From Hyphochytrium catenoides (lineage: Eukaryota; Protista; Hyphochytriomycota): a stretch of 52,912 nucleotides of DNA. Below, in pieces: positions 52,755 to 52,912 of this stretch. The translations under genes were made by a program, and so were the position numbers. The notes beneath the pieces were generated by a model. That model saw only the letters and a program-made list of their open reading frames with translations. It was not told the origin of the DNA and did not search any database. The DNA lies in NCBI GenBank assembly GCA_900088475.1, contig FLMG01003555.1, positions 1 to 52,912 on the forward strand. The letters are read 5' to 3'. Each line of letters starts with the position of its first letter. Within the stretch, counting starts at the first letter, position 1.

Positions 52755-52912
52755 TGTCTCCTGTCCCTCCGGCGACAGCTGCGGTCCCTCCCCCAACAAC
52801 TGCTGCAGTGTCGGTAACTGCAATCGTCCCTCCCCCAACACCAGCAGTGTCGGTGTCTCCTGCGGCAACTGCATCAGCGGCAGTGGCGATGTCTCCTGCG
52901 GCAACTGCATCA
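52755..52912. repeat. Codon-phased minisatellite, truncated by the window end
   Basis: TGTCTCCTGCGGCAACTGCATCA occurs at 52854-52876 and 52890-52912 (36-nt period). GTCCCTCCCCCAACA and GCAGTGTCGGT each occur twice. Confidence 0.8.

Overview
Intron-rich eukaryotic nuclear DNA, probably a stramenopile/ochrophyte (inferred from protein wording, not proven). It uses the standard code and has short GT-AG introns, many GA/TC microsatellites and one 63-N gap. I assembled about 13 spliced genes by hand: threonine aldolase (truncated by the window start), WASHC4/SWIP, mitochondrial DLD, a two-HMG-box protein, D-lactate dehydrogenase, PRP38B with a Tudor-like domain, RabGGTase alpha, an At4g04180-like AAA ATPase, an uncharacterised HAD-like protein, a CUEDC1-like protein, a hypothetical protein, PMP22/Mpv17 and RAD51. 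There is also a small Cys4 ORF and an intronless, myristoylation-motif LRR gene split by one frameshift. Gene-poor stretches (15.6-22.3, 40.3-41.4, 42.7-45.1, 47.3-49.0 and 51.6-52.9 kb) hold decayed coding relics (LicD-like, possibly bZIP-like). Two fold-back hairpins are unexplained; the best is a 104-nt G·U-rich stem-loop at 52463-52566. I found no rRNA, tRNA, CRISPR or intact transposon, and I cannot claim a clear-cut novel multi-gene system. The best leads are the hairpin, RAD51 with DMC1-type loop residues, the frameshifted LRR gene with an island insertion, the Cys4 microprotein and the HMG gene beside a gene desert.
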